Positions 21,001 through 36,000 of a DNA stretch of 64,000 bases are shown piece after piece. The notes beneath the pieces were generated by a model, which saw only the letters and a program-made list of their open reading frames with translations, did no database searches and was not told the DNA's origin. Each line of letters begins with the position of its first letter. Position 1 is the first letter of the stretch. Source of the stretch: Antedon mediterranea (taxonomy: Eukaryota; Animalia; Echinodermata); contig NC_092674.1 of assembly GCF_964355755.1 (NCBI RefSeq), positions 20,460,001 through 20,524,000 of the forward strand. The letters run 5' to 3'. Made by a program: the position numbers and the translations under genes.

Positions 21001-24000
21001 CCGCCTCCAGCTGCACCACCTGTGGCTCCTCCTCGACGCAAGAAAAAACAAAAGAATCCAAAGAGTGCAGAACAAAAGGTTAATAATGTTACATTGTAAT
21101 GCAATAATTATAATGCACCTTAGTATATCCTTGCCATTTGGTTGGTTGGTTATGTATATCACATATGACATCGGTATCCATCCTGGCAATTCGGTGATTC
21201 AGTGCACGTTCATCTTTTCTATAACATTTGACCTTTGGGAGGTTTCGCATTTGGACGGTAAACGAAGGGGACGATAATTTACTAGAGTTTGATGAATATT
21301 TCAAGACAGAAGCGATGGCATTTGGCCCCCTCATCACATAATCCGTAGACCCCTGTATATGTAGACCATGTATGTAAGGCTCGGTGTGTGTGTTTGAAAA
21401 GTTTCTGCATATTTTTTAAACATGAATCTAGAAGAATCAAAGTGAATTCACAGTCTACACATACTATTATAATATATAAAATATGTTTTAGCTAATTTTC
21501 AAACTAAAATTGAGAAATTTGGGCCGACCGTCTACATGCACTTTGTACTGATGATGTCATAAATTTTGCTCCATCTATCGGGACCCAACGTTAAGTTGAC
21601 CAATTATAATCCTGATACGAGTGGAATAGAGTATACTGGGCTTACACGCATGAACAGATTAATATTTTGTATAAATTACTGTATCTTTTCATATTTATCG
21701 TCTACTGTCCTGTTGCAAAAGCTCACTAATGATAGTCAGTATTTTAACTAATTTAAATTTGCATAGCAATTGCTTTCTTCAACAGTATGTTTCTGTTGCT
21801 TTTAGATATCAGATGGAATGGATACAACAGAAGGACTCGATGATATACCAGTAGTAGTTGGTGGTTTGCCATTGGATCTTAGTAGTGGTAGTCGTCCAGG
21901 GAGTGGCATTTTAACACCAACCACAACCATCGCTAGTATCACTAAAGAGTTGGAACATTCTTTAGATCTGGAGAGTGCTTCCCGTGGTCACTCACATGTT
22001 AGGCATCATGTAAGTCCATTCTTTTTAAAAAATGTTTTAATTATTATAAAAAGTAATGGTTATGGTACAAACAGTTGTGGCTTGACCAAACCAATACCTT
22101 TAGTTATAAAGATAGCACCCTTTATATAACACCTAAATAGATTCCTGTCATTTTATTGGACAATTGTGGGTCATCACTCACTCACACTCACGTCATATTG
22201 CGAATTTTGGACAAAAAGTGTTTTGAGAGCGCTTTTGATTTAAACATTAGCGCAAGCCTATCTTACCGCTGAGAATTGTATTGAGAAACCCGAAGACTTC
22301 ACGCGAGCGAGACGAACTGACTAAGAACATTATTACTATAGATTTTCACTTCATACACGCTTATTATTGAACAATAGTTAGTATAAATAACTGCTAGTTA
22401 ATTAGAGACATTCAATGTTACTAAGAATACTAAAGAAATTACTTATAATACAAATTTAAAAGATTTATAACGATTCTAGTTTAGGTAACATTCGCCCATT
22501 AACAATGAAAACAAACAAATCCTGCGTAGGAAATCGCGGAACTCTAAAAAGTTTGTTTTAATATCACGCTAAAATTGTTTCCGAATTTTTAAATACATAT
22601 TTGTAAATAGCATGTTAAATTTCAATATCTTTACTTTTAATCCTCAAAAAATCAAAATGTTGATATTTTTTAAAAGAATTTTATGATCATTTGAAATCGG
22701 GTATATTTACTATCGATCGCGCTCCGCCGGTGCCCGAGTAGGTGTGTACGCGTCGCTTTTGCAGGTTCTATTCCCAGTAGCGAGTTTCGGTCGCGCTAAC
22801 ATAAGCAATGTTTTCTACATTTACATGCATTAGGGGTAAATTATGTTTAATTGTTTTTACCGCATAACAAAATTCCCAAATTTATTTCGTTTCTTGCCTA
22901 ACCGTTTCTGTCACCCTAAAATCAAATACTTTAACTGCATAATTTTAAGCGACAATAACATACAAATAGGCCTACTATAATTTGATCACTTCTTCGCAAT
23001 ACTTTAAAGTTGTTGTATACAATTATTTTAAGAATATAAATAAAAACACACAGAAACTAATAAAATGGCAACTAATTGAAAAGTCAAACTCATTTATTTC
23101 ATCAATTAAATATTTGAAAAAAATCAAATCAAGTAAGGTACTGCTGTGTAGGCCTTAAATATGATTATTGTATTTTTTAGTTTTAATTTGTATAATGGCC
23201 TAGGCCTAATAATATAGTACTAACAACATGTTTATTTCTAAAGGCAAGAATAACAAACAGCTTTATTTATTTACCTTCAATATTAAATCTATGAGAAACC
23301 TCAATTATGAGAATCATTTAAATTTCTGTCACCGTACATTTCATTATAATGAAAACCTTTAATTTAAAAGACATTTAATTAATAAGAGCTGGTCAAATTT
23401 TTTTGAATGTCAACATGCTGTCCATAAATAGCCGCTTTCAAGTGATGCAAATGTTTTCTGGAGTCAGATCCTATAAAAAATATAGAAATATAAAAAGTAT
23501 CTTAATTTAAATATGTATTTGAAAGATGGGCTAGAGGTATACTGCATGATAAATTAGGCTGAAAAACCTAACATGTGGTCCTAGGCCTACTACAAGGCCT
23601 AGCTTATTTGTTTTAAATCCCATAAAACGTTTGAATTTAATACATGTACAAAATCTAATTTATATAGAGTTGTAAAGTGTGGTACATTCAGTACATTAAT
23701 TAAAATAAATGAGAATGGGGCCTAATATTAATAAATAAACATGTAAAAAACTGGCCTAAACGACTACGTGTGTATCTATACGCATTGATTAACACACAGT
23801 ACGCGTTGGACCATCAAGGCTAGGCCCAGCTTCGCACAAACCACCGTTATACATGTGATTTGTTTACCTATTTCAATCGCCATTTAAAAAATACCTGAAA
23901 ATATCAACATGCCCATTTTTTGTCAAACGAATATTTACATTACATAGTAACTTTTTATTTAGTCACTCGTTTACTCAAAAATTGAGGAATTTTTTTATGG

Positions 24001-27000
24001 TCTCGTAAAAATGTACAATATTATTATTGATAAAAACCGTATAAAATCTAACAAAAAGAAGAGCAAATTCAATGATTACCTGACACGATCATAACTGCTA
24101 TCCTGTTCCAAAAACCAAGTCACATGCTTCTTCAACCCTTGCTTTAATTATTGTCATGAATTATTCATAAGGAACTATAATTTAAGGCTTTCAATTGGTT
24201 AAAAGAGTTTAACCCTATTAACATTTTAAATTCACATCATTTCCGGGTGATGTTGTCGCGCTTCGATGAATCTCAGAAATCACAAATGACCGCTAGAGGG
24301 CTCACTACTTTTTGTCTAGTCTAAATGAATGTGCACTCTACATGGTTTGTTTAAATGATATATCGGATGAAGCCCAGGCAGTATGACTCCTTAATGACAG
24401 CATAACAACAATGCTTGCTTCATCAGCTTTGCAAATGCTCCATAATAAATAGTGATGCCATAAACATCTAACGAAAATCTACTAACTCTTTTTCTCAATT
24501 GATGCTTTGCCTTTGATGTATTGTCCCTTGAAACACAAAAAATGAAAAAAAAAATATTCTAATTTTAAATTGGCCATATCAAAGTAATATTAAAGTTATT
24601 CACTTTAAGTCGAAAATTCGAGCCAAAAACAACAGTTTACGTAATTAACAGGTAAATTAATTAGATTACATTTTGTCTGAGAAATCGTCGCAAGCGAAAA
24701 TAAACAAAGATTTCAAACCATGAGTATGCATTATGCATGATGCTAATTAGGATTGTTTACAGAACTCATCACGGTTGAGAAGGTGTTTTCACACAGATCG
24801 CGAGGAAGTTTTATGATTATGCATACAGAGTAGCTAAACAAGTGCATTGCATTATGGGATATGTTTTGATTGAAAACTTTGACTGGAAGTCAAAGTTATT
24901 TTTTGAACAAAAAAACATCTGTATTTCGGTTAAATTATTTTTTTTTGACTAATTTTTTGTGAAAGTTAATAACTATTATGATACTTCAAAATGACCCACT
25001 TTTTTTCGAAATTAAAAAAAAAAATGTTTGTTGGAATTAGTCAAAGGGACAATACATCTTTAATTTGAGCAAGATACTCCAAAAAGACTTTCCAGTGATA
25101 TTCTGGACAGGTGGCCAACCAACTAACTCTGTTTCTCAATTGATGATGTTCTTGTTGCGTTGACCCCTTTGCATGCAGCTCATAACAAAGCTATACTGGG
25201 ATTGGGGGTGCATGAGAAGAATCATCAGAGCCTAAATGTGCAGAAATGTATTACAAGAAGAACTGAGGAAAAACATTAATGCATTAAAACTATTGATTGA
25301 GAAACGACAACAATGAACGTGTTGTAGGCTAGTCTGTAGTAAACATGTAAAAAATAAATTAAATATACTTTTATTTATTTTCATTTAGGAATCATCACTT
25401 AATGAAAAGACTACTAAACTGGAGCAAGATCCTCCAGAAAGACTTTCCAGTGATATTCTAGGAGACATGCCACCTGAGTGTGTACATGTTGGCTTACCTC
25501 CCGAAAGCTCAATAGAACATTGGGACGAAGCTAAAAGCAGCACACCAGAAATGGAGAAACTTTTGCGGTATCACTTACTGATGCAGGGACAGAGCCGTAC
25601 TGGAGACATCTTAACAGATGACGTAAGTTGGTAGAAAAGTCCTCTAAGCTACTGTAGAACTGATAACTTTGGCACCTGTTCGGAAAATGTATAAGCTAAT
25701 TTAATTAATAATTAATTAGTTGTGTATGCAATACAAAAAGTGTTTATACAGGTTTTTGGAAATATTTTAAAATGTAAAATTTGAATAAATAAATTGTTTA
25801 TATTTGGTTTGAGAAATTTAAATTTTTTGCTCTGTAAAAGTCTTTGGAAAGTTATGGAAATTGTTGTTATGTAGTAAAAAATAGAACAAACTAAGTTAAC
25901 TGCAACTGAAAATTGTGTCATCCCTGATAACTATTTGAGGCTAACTTTGTGTTGCCTTAAAAGAGGCAAATTCTTCTGTGTTGCCTTATAAGAGGCCAAC
26001 AAAAGTGTTAAAGAGTTAATTGACCCAGAGATGCAATATCCTATAGTGGACTTTACATCTCAGTGGCTACTGCATACTGTACAACTGCATAAGAATAAAT
26101 TTACCATTAGACTAGCGAGAGGGCATAATATTGAAATATCATAATTATGTTAACAGCATAAGTTTTTCTTCTTTAACAGGAAGTTCTATCTCAGGTGATG
26201 GTTAAGAACCTAGATACAGGTGAACAGGTGTCACTACTGCAAGCAGAAGATAAACTACCAGCTTGTATCAACCCACTATCACTTCACATTATGAGACTTA
26301 CTTCAGAATATGTCAGGTTTGTTTATGTACTATATATTTATTCACATTACACCAGCAAACTGTATTTTCCTTTCCGTGATAAAAGGACAAAGAATAATAA
26401 CATTCTGGATTTATAAAGCGCCTTGTGAAACCTCTTAGCATAGCACTGTACATATTACTGTATTACATTACATCATTTTTTATACTCCCATAATGCAGCT
26501 AGTAATCAGTGCAAAGTTGATCTCTTGACCATACCAGGTATCCATTTGTACACCTGGTTGGAGAGAGGTAAACGTAAGTGTCATTCCTAAGGATACAAGC
26601 AATGCGATGAGCGTTGGATTCGAACCCACAATCTTGCAATCAGTACTCCAACGTGCAACACATGTGCTCACCTGTATAAATATAATGTAATAAGACTGTC
26701 TGTATTTATTATAGTTTAAAACTTCCACAGTACAATTCGGTAATTTTGATACTCCATTACCGTCAAATGACAGCTTCCAACCAACCATGACCTAACCATG
26801 CAGACATGTCAAGTTTTTCAAATTTACTTTAAAATCTTCCAATTATGATTTTGTTCGTTGGTTTTGTATTATTTATTTCAACTGGGTGACCTCTTCAGTC
26901 AAAAACTAGTCTCCCAGTGGGCCCAGTTATCATAAGTGGCTGTGACTAGTACACTGGAGTAACTCCCTACTTGTCTTGAAAGATGTACTAGGTTCTTTAA

Positions 27001-30000
27001 AGTGCACATGAGCTAGATGTGTACACTGGACCGTTTATATTCCTTTTCCGAGAAGACTCGTTCTTCCACCAGAACCATGGAGTGAGTGAGCCTTGAACCC
27101 TTGTTGATGTTATGGCTACGTAATTACGGTTCCACTGTCTTGACCACTCGGCCACTAACGGTTATGTGTATGGACTCATCATACGTGGGGACAAATTTGA
27201 GAATGTGACTGCTATATTGGATCCAAAATGGCAGATTGAACCTTCCAAACACAATTCTGTTCTTTTTGATATTCATGTGTATTAGTAGATGTGTGCAATA
27301 ACACAAATGGTATGATAACAACTGTACAAATTCTAGATAGATATTTACTGGTATTTTGCCATTAATTCTATTTAGTAATGGAAGTTTGGACAAGATGGAA
27401 GGAAGTGACACGGAACAGAAAAAGGAAGATTCACCTGTTGCACAACAACTCAAAATTAAATCGTTAGTCATACTTCTTTATATCCACTTTTAACTATTGT
27501 ATCTTAAGGTTTAAATATGGTATCTGTTTGTAAGGCATCCTACTAAAAAAAATACAAACCTTTTACAGCATATTCCTATGCAAACAAAATACTTTATATT
27601 ATTGGTACATTCTTGTTTCATAATTGTAGACGGCACACTTTTGTATGAAAAAAAGGTTTTAAAAATGTGTTTACCCAAACTTCTATCCATAAAACAATAA
27701 TAAGCAGGTGGTATGAAAGGGGGGAAAAGAAATTATCATTGATCAGTTTTCAAACATATGGTTTACATTAATTTTTAATGCGATTAGGAACAAGTTAAAG
27801 AAGTTTACCAAAAAGATGGCCCAAAAAGTGAAGACAGTCGCTGGCGACGCATTTAAACACGAAGAACAAGCTTCCAGTGATGACGAATCATTACCAGATA
27901 CAAAGACAGTTAAGGTCAGAGTTCATTTCAATTTACTGTAGTTATTTTTATGTCTTGATGCACATCTGGCCAAGAATTACCAATATTAAATTAATCACTA
28001 CCAGGTAGGACAGTGATTAATTTACTATTTACTTACAGTTATAACAATTATTAGTAATAAATTAGTGGAATTGAAAACCCAATAATGATTTAGTTTAGTT
28101 AGTATCTTCATTGCTCTTCTGAAAAGTTATGAAGAAATGAAACTAAAACAATTTTACTAATTAAGAAATGATTTGTTGATCTTTTATAGTTTGTTTTGTA
28201 GTTATTGAAAGTTTATAATTTTGATGATACATTCAAACCTCTCTTTCACTTTATAATACTGCAACCGAATATTCCCTTACAAATTGAGTGTAGTGTGATT
28301 AGTAATAAAGAGAATAGTCTTTATGTACCTGTGTAAGGTTTTAATCAACTAAATGTAAACAGCATAACATAAACAACAACTGTGATACGAATGATCAAAG
28401 ATGGCGCATTAGGTATGGGGCGCCGAACATGTCACCACATTGAGTATATTTAAAACTAGCATTAATTGATACATTTTAGACAAACAATTTTTAATTGCTT
28501 GGAAAAATATAATTTTGCTATAGTTAGTACTTATCTTGGTTCATTGATAACTTCAGAAATGAAAAAAAAAGACAAAAATTGGTATTCTTTTAACACGGAC
28601 CTAAATATCAACATGCGCAATATTTTGCCAAGTACTTCATTTGAATGTAACAATATGTATTGATTGATCTTGATCCAGAATTTAGTGCAAGGGGTATGAG
28701 TGGCAGGCTAGTGATCTGTTTGTGGGAATCCCACCTAAGAATTATTGGCAAAAAATTAATATTCTGATGTGTACTTTTTTTCCTATCACAATCGATATAA
28801 ACCGTATTATGTAAAATCACTTTGAATAAAATAAAACGTTATTCATAAAACTTATAATTACTTTTTTGCACATAGATATTTAGACTCAATAATGATGAAG
28901 ATAAGAACAGTTGATAACATAATTCTCATATTACAGTATATATGTACAATTACGTTGTCAAGTAAGGCAAACATCTGACCAATTAAAATACTCTGATACT
29001 GTCTCATGGGAGAACTCTTTTAATTTACTTAATTTCTCTGATAAAATAATTGACTCCACCTTCACACAGCTACAGCTACATTTTTCATTTTCACAATTTG
29101 TACAGATTTTTCAGAAGTAGCTGATTTACTATGTGAGAACAAAATACCATAATTAATTTATGTACTTTATTTTATGTCCTACAGTTCCGTGCGTCATCAA
29201 GCCACAAAGGTCCATATGATTTTGATCAATTGAAACTAGCTCAAGAACTTGGCAGTGAAAACTCTGGCGCCATCTGGACTATGAAGTTTTCATTATGTGG
29301 TCGATTATTGGTATGTTTATATTTTTTTATGACATAGTGAGATCTTGGTTCAGATTTAACAAACATGCTTTGCAAACAAATTTGTTCTACCTTTGCAGTC
29401 AGTTTTTCAAAATAACCTAGGAAATTCTTTGTACATACTTGTTGTCTTTATCTAATACATATCCTGCATAAATTGTTACAACTTATAACAAGTTGTAATC
29501 GGGTTTGACTTATCACACACATACAGTATGTGAACCTTGTGAAATTTCGGGGGAAAAGCACAGTTGCGCACTATTTGATTAATATGATTGGTAAATTTAT
29601 TAACAAGGCAATAACGTGTCAGAACATCTCAAAACTAAAACAGGCCTCTCATCAGTGGTCCCCTGTAAAATCTCGGGTGATTGTCCACAAAATTGTTATC
29701 ACACTATGCAAATCTGGTTTACAAGTTGTTATATTTTGCAGATGTGAAAAGGGTATTAAATGATAAAAATAACTGGTTTGATAGTAACATAAAGCAATTA
29801 TAATATAAATATTTTAAATAAATTTGCTATAATATCTCTATGATAATCACATATTACTTGTAACTACTGTATCTTAACTTAAGAACAAAGATTGATTACC
29901 AGCCCAGGCATCCAAAGATTATAAGTTGTCCAGATTTTTCCCCTGGAGAAAAAGTAAATTGTAATAAAGTATGTTTTAGTTAATTATATGAAGTTGATTA

Positions 30001-33000
30001 CATACATTTTCTTCATACCCCTGAGCTTATTTGACACTTTATTGACTGAGGCTCTTATTCCATGTTTTTCTTTTTTTCATTGGTTGTTTAGGCTACTGCT
30101 GGACAAGATCACCTTCTCAGGGTATGGGTTCTTAAGAACCATGAACAGTATTTTGGTGACATGAGACAGAAGTACAATGCAGACACCCAGTCCTCTCCCA
30201 CACCTTCACAAGAGGACATACTGGATGCCATTGAGAAGGAATCAGTGTCAAGCTCGGGAGCTGGTGATGGTAACGATGAAGATGATAGCGATCAGTTGGC
30301 AATATTTGCTAAAGCACCCTTTTGTGTGTACACAGGTCATACTGCAGATGTGTTGGATGTTTCCTGGTCAAAGGTCAGTACACTCAAGGTCTGCCATCAC
30401 CTGGGCCATATTTTATGTAAAGTCTTGGCTTAGCTTCTGTTCAGATTTATAGTTCTGCTTTCATATCGTAAAACAAGATCACATACAGTAGTTAGCGTCA
30501 TAACGGCCATAGTACATTCAGCCTTTGTAACAAGGATGGTCCAGTGTCATAAGAGGTGGCTTCCACCAATCCCTTTCTTAGTCCGACTCATTAATGATGA
30601 TGTTTCAATGAATATTGAATAGGCTGGCACTATTTAACATACCGGTGGACAAATATTAATGTGTTAATTTAAAAAAAAAAAAAAAGTTTTACTATTTATA
30701 CAATCAATTAATTTTCTAACCAAAAACTTCATTCATCTCATATACTGTAATATTTGTGGCAAACAGTACGTCGGAGAAACAAAAAACACACTCCGTATGA
30801 GAATGACACAACACAGATCAGCTATCAAAACATTAAAGCTTGATCAACCTGTAGCCGAACATTTTAATTCAGGTGGTCACTCGACTCAAATTTCAGAGTT
30901 ATAGTAATAGACCATAATGTCAAATGGAGCAACTAAACTCGCAAAGACAAAGAAAACCACTGGGAATTACAACTTAAAACCACAAAACCTTTTTGGACTT
31001 AACATTAGGAACATACTCCTAGATCGTTAAAATTATTCCATTGACTACCTAAATTTAAGTTTCAATATTAACCACCATTTAAGCTGTTTTTTAGTTTCAT
31101 TCCAAAATTGTTTATATCTCTACCAAGCTACCTTCTTTGTTTTCTACTCTTATTCAGACTCCACCCTGCCTCCTTTTGTTGTATTTCTTTTATTCCTGTC
31201 CACCCAGGCAGCACTTGCCAGCTGCTCTTATACAATGAGGTTATCCAAATTCCTTCACTTGCACTGATGAAGGGCTAGTGTTGCCCGAAAGCTCTGCTTA
31301 CTTTTCTGGCTGTTTTATTTATCGTTATTATTATTATTTTGTATCTCCATTGAGATCCAGCCACTAATTCACTCACAGCATTGTCATTTTTTCAGTAATT
31401 TGCCTTTGGATTTATATTCTTTTTATTAAATATTGTAAAATACTACTTTTCAGCTTTTTGGCTGCCGTTGTATTATTGATTTCTTTTTTATGAATAAATA
31501 ATCTGAATATATGGTGTTAATTGAGAAATACTTACAAGGCAGGTATCATCAAATTATGAGTGTCGACAAGTAGCACCCACCATGAGTGTGCCTACCTAAG
31601 ATTTAGAGAATTGTTTGAAAAATGATATTGTCCATCTCATGAAAATATTCTTTCTATTCTAATCATAATTATTCGTTGTTTCTACTGTGTATTATTTCTG
31701 ACACAATTTCATAACCTAATAAAGTTTATTGGCTTTTTCTTTTGTTGCATAGTTTGCTAATATAACAATTCTTGTTCTGCTTTACTGCTCAACATAAAAA
31801 GCATGTGTTAACAATTAACAATTAACAATAGAAATGTTAAATCCAAAATACCCCTTTAAAGCCACTTGTAGTTTTGAAAAGCATTATTAAATGTGTGCAA
31901 TTCAGATAATAATCTTGTTAAATAAAAACACTTCCTGTTTTAATGTCTTGAGGTGTTATAATGGATATAATACTGTATATTTACACGCTAGATATTTTTC
32001 TCAGTTAAATTGCGGTCTAGCAGAGTTACATTGCTGTATACACCGGTTAAATATTTTTAATTGAAAATAAATATGAAATTTAATGTACCTCTGAAGTTTT
32101 ATCTGGAGTACATCATAGTTATATAGGCCAATATTGCATTTACCAACAAAACTTAGGCCGCACTGGTTAAACATCTGATAGCACTTAAAATGTCTAATAT
32201 TACATTCTGAAACCTATCAAAGTCAAATTATTGCAAGTTATTGATCACATGCCCTTACATTCGATGTCTCAGATATAATTCGGATGAGCTTAAGCATGCA
32301 TAGAATGGTGTTTACTCTAGTGCATATAAACACAGCCTACTTTGAGTTAGTAATGCTTTTATCAATTTACTTAAATTGAGTGCTCGTACAGTTTTGTTTT
32401 AGTTGCACTATTTGATTAGATAAACTAAACAATTATAAATTTCAGTTTCTTGTAAACATATCAACTTTTATTATGCTATTAACGTTGTTTCGTTTGTCTA
32501 TATTTATACATGATTTTTCTTTATTTTAATTTTTGGTTCTTTAACCGAGGAGGAAATATTAATTGTGGACCAATATAAATATGTATTCTCATACTGGTTT
32601 AGGGTTTAAAATCAATCAGTTTAGATCAATAATTACTTGTTTTGTTTACTTCTTCTTTATACTGGGGGACCACTTAACCAGTATACAGACAAACAGAAAG
32701 TGAAATGAAAAACCTGTTTCTTCCACATCTACATTTTAATATTTATCTATTAACACATTGACTGCCAAGGCATTTTCCGTAATTTCTGTCCCAGTGCCAA
32801 GTCCCGTTTGAGATGATTATATTGAGTGTGAGGGCGCCATATTCAATGCATGAGGGAATAAACACAAACAAACATATGACATTTATTTTTAGATTATCGT
32901 TTACGTACATCATTCATAAACTGCCATGCGATAATTCCTGTTCCAATCACCACTGCCAGCGATTCTATATACAATACAAAAGTGCTACGATTTTGACGTA

Positions 33001-36000
33001 GTATTACGTCTTGGCAAGTAGCGACACGCAATTTTTGACGTATAAATACGCCGTGGCAGTGAACGTGTTAACAACATTACATTTTTATTTTATTTTTTTT
33101 ATAAATTACGTTATGAAATCTAATATTGTATTGTTAATTTTACAGAATTATTTTATGCTATCATCATCTATGGACAAGACTGTGCGTCTATGGCATATTT
33201 CACGTAGCGAGTGCCTATGTTGCTTTCAACACATTGACTTTGTTACAGCCATAGCATTTCATCCAAGGGTAATACATTTGTTTGTGAATTTGCTATTGAA
33301 TTTTTTTATATTTTTTATATTAAATTCAAAATCTATAAACTTTTAAATTAATGGTGATTCCCTAAAGTGGGACTGTACATTTCAGTGCTAGTGTACATCA
33401 TGTAACTTATACGATACTTATATTTAATATTCTTTATTTAGGATGATCGATACTTTCTCAGTGGGTCACTAGATGGCAAGTTACGTCTGTGGAACATACC
33501 GGACAAAAAGGTTGCCCTCTGGAATGAAATTGATGGTCAGACAAAGCTTATCACTGCCGCCAACTTCATTCAAAATGGCCGATTCTCAGTTGTTGGTACT
33601 TATGATGGCCGTTGCATCTTTTACGATACAGAACATCTAAAATATTATTGCCAAGTTCATGTCAGGTCAACGAGAGGTCGTAATGCAAAAGGTCGTAAAA
33701 TCACTGGGATTGAACCACTTCCTGGTGAGGATAAGGTAGGTGTCAGATTTTTAAACCATAAATTACTTTATTTTAAATGTATTCCTTATTTTAAATTAAT
33801 AATTTGCTTTTTAAAAAAATAATTGCATTGATACTAAAGAAAACAATTGATACTATAAATGCAAAACAAATACTTTGTTTTATATTACCTTCATCAAAGG
33901 TAAAAAGACGATTTATTCTATCGTATTGATCAGAATAATCTTAATTGATTTAATCTTATAAGATATAAGTACTTATGCACAACTTTAAACAGACAAACAA
34001 CACATCAACTTGACAAGGTCTGACTTATTGTTGAAATGATATTTTTTTACCATTTATAAAGGAGAAACTATACTATATAAGCATTACAGTTACAGTATTT
34101 ACAGTTCAGTCAACTTTCCCAATACCATACACCTTTGGACTGGCCAGATATGTCTGGTTTCTTGGAAAGTCTGGTATTCAAAATGTTTTTGAGTAGAAAT
34201 TAATGTTTTGAAAAGAAAAGTCTGGTTTTGAGAGAGTTTCCGGTTTTTGGAGAGTCTGGCATTGGGAGATTTGACTGTATTGTATTTTTTTTCTTATCTA
34301 TTAAAGTGTTATTTTACTATGTTATAGATCCTTGTAACATCAAATGACTCAAGATTGAGGGTATATGATTTGAGGGACTTGTCAATCTCATGTAAATACA
34401 GGGGCTGCTCAAACCTTAGCAGTCAGATCAAGGCTTCCTTCAGGTATACCATAATAAATACCATCCGTGATAAATTGCGGATACCTCAATCATTGTTATT
34501 ATTATCATATATATATATATATCATCAATGTTTATTCATTTGTCACCATCACCATTGTCATTGTTATCAATATTCCATCATCTGTTTATTGTCACCATTA
34601 ATACCATCTTTTATCAATGTTGTTATTATTGTCATTGCTCACGATCTTTATTGTCATTGTTATCATTGTGCTATCATCTGTTTATTGTCACCATCACCAC
34701 CATCTTTTATCAATTTTGTTATTATTGTCACTGATCACGATCTTTATTGTCAGTGTTATCATTAATCCAGCATCTGTTTATTGTCACCATCAATACCATC
34801 TTTTATCAATGTTGTTATTATTGTCACTGCCATCACAATCTTTAATGTCATTGTTATCATTATTCCATCCTCTGTTTATTTACACCATCACCACCATCTT
34901 TATGAATGTTTTTATTAATGTCACTACCAGATCGCGATTTTATTTTCATTGTTATCATTATTCCATCTTCTATTTATTGTCACCATGACCATTATCCTTT
35001 GTCATTATTGTCACTTGTGTGTTTTTTTAGTTTTTTTTAGTATGTTCAGTTCTGTACAAAAAGGTTATATTTTATGATTATTTTTCCTTTAGCCATAATC
35101 GCAAGTACATTGTTTGTGGATCTGAAGATTTTAATATATATATCTGGAAGACCAATTATGATTTTGGTAAATTTTCATCTGTTCGAAAAGATAGAAATGA
35201 TTATTGGGAGGCCATCAAAGGTATGTAGTATTTTAAAGACGTCATTACAAAAGTAACATTTTATTTATTTAATCAGATTAAACATACATGTACAGTACTA
35301 CTGTGTGATAGCTGGATATTTTAATTTCCTTCATTCCGTTTTTCATGTTTCTCATTGGTGTATTTTTTGATAAAACTGAAGCCCAAAAAAAAGATTTTGA
35401 TTTTTTTTAATTCATTGTTTAGAAATCAATGCATTTTATCAATTCCAAAGATTTCTTTGCATTATCTGTTTATTAGAGATATTTTCATAAGGTTATGTTA
35501 AAAAGGAGAAGCTGCTGTTATAGTGTATTTATTTCTGATAGTTTAGTATTTTTTAATAGCCTTGCAGGATAAACATATTTAATAATAATGGCTTTTTTTT
35601 TATCTTTTGTGGTTAACCACCACCTTTATTCATTCAATGTTTCATAAACAACAATTACAGAATCTCTAAGCATTTTCTACATTTTTTTCGTTATTTTCTT
35701 ATTTTTATCCTCTTTAATATTAATAATACTTTTAATATTTTTATACGTAGTACCCAATGTTTTCTTAATGTATATATTTGGTTTGTCTACTACACTTAAA
35801 AAAAAAAATATTATTAATGTTTACATTATTTTCTGCATATTTTTTATGTTATTGTTGTTATTACAAAATATATTGCATATTTAATAAAAAAAAAAGTTGT
35901 TTACTTATAAAAAGTTTGTTAACTTATTTATCATAATTTGTGTGTCTTTCAGTTTATATATTTGTTTATAGTACAGTAATAATATTAATGGCTTCTATTA

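Noticed and set aside
20658-21337. Overlapping antisense and alternative-frame ORFs
   Set aside because: Shadows of WDR44 exon 4 with low-complexity composition.
26600-26672. Possible tRNA gene (GGTTCGAATCC)
   Set aside because: It is the head of a SINE followed by core and L2-type tail, with no acceptor stem.
34355-34988. Cys/His- and Leu/Ile-rich ORFs suggesting a metal-binding or membrane protein
   Set aside because: Translation of an intronic minisatellite; only the first ~30 codons are WDR44 exon 14.
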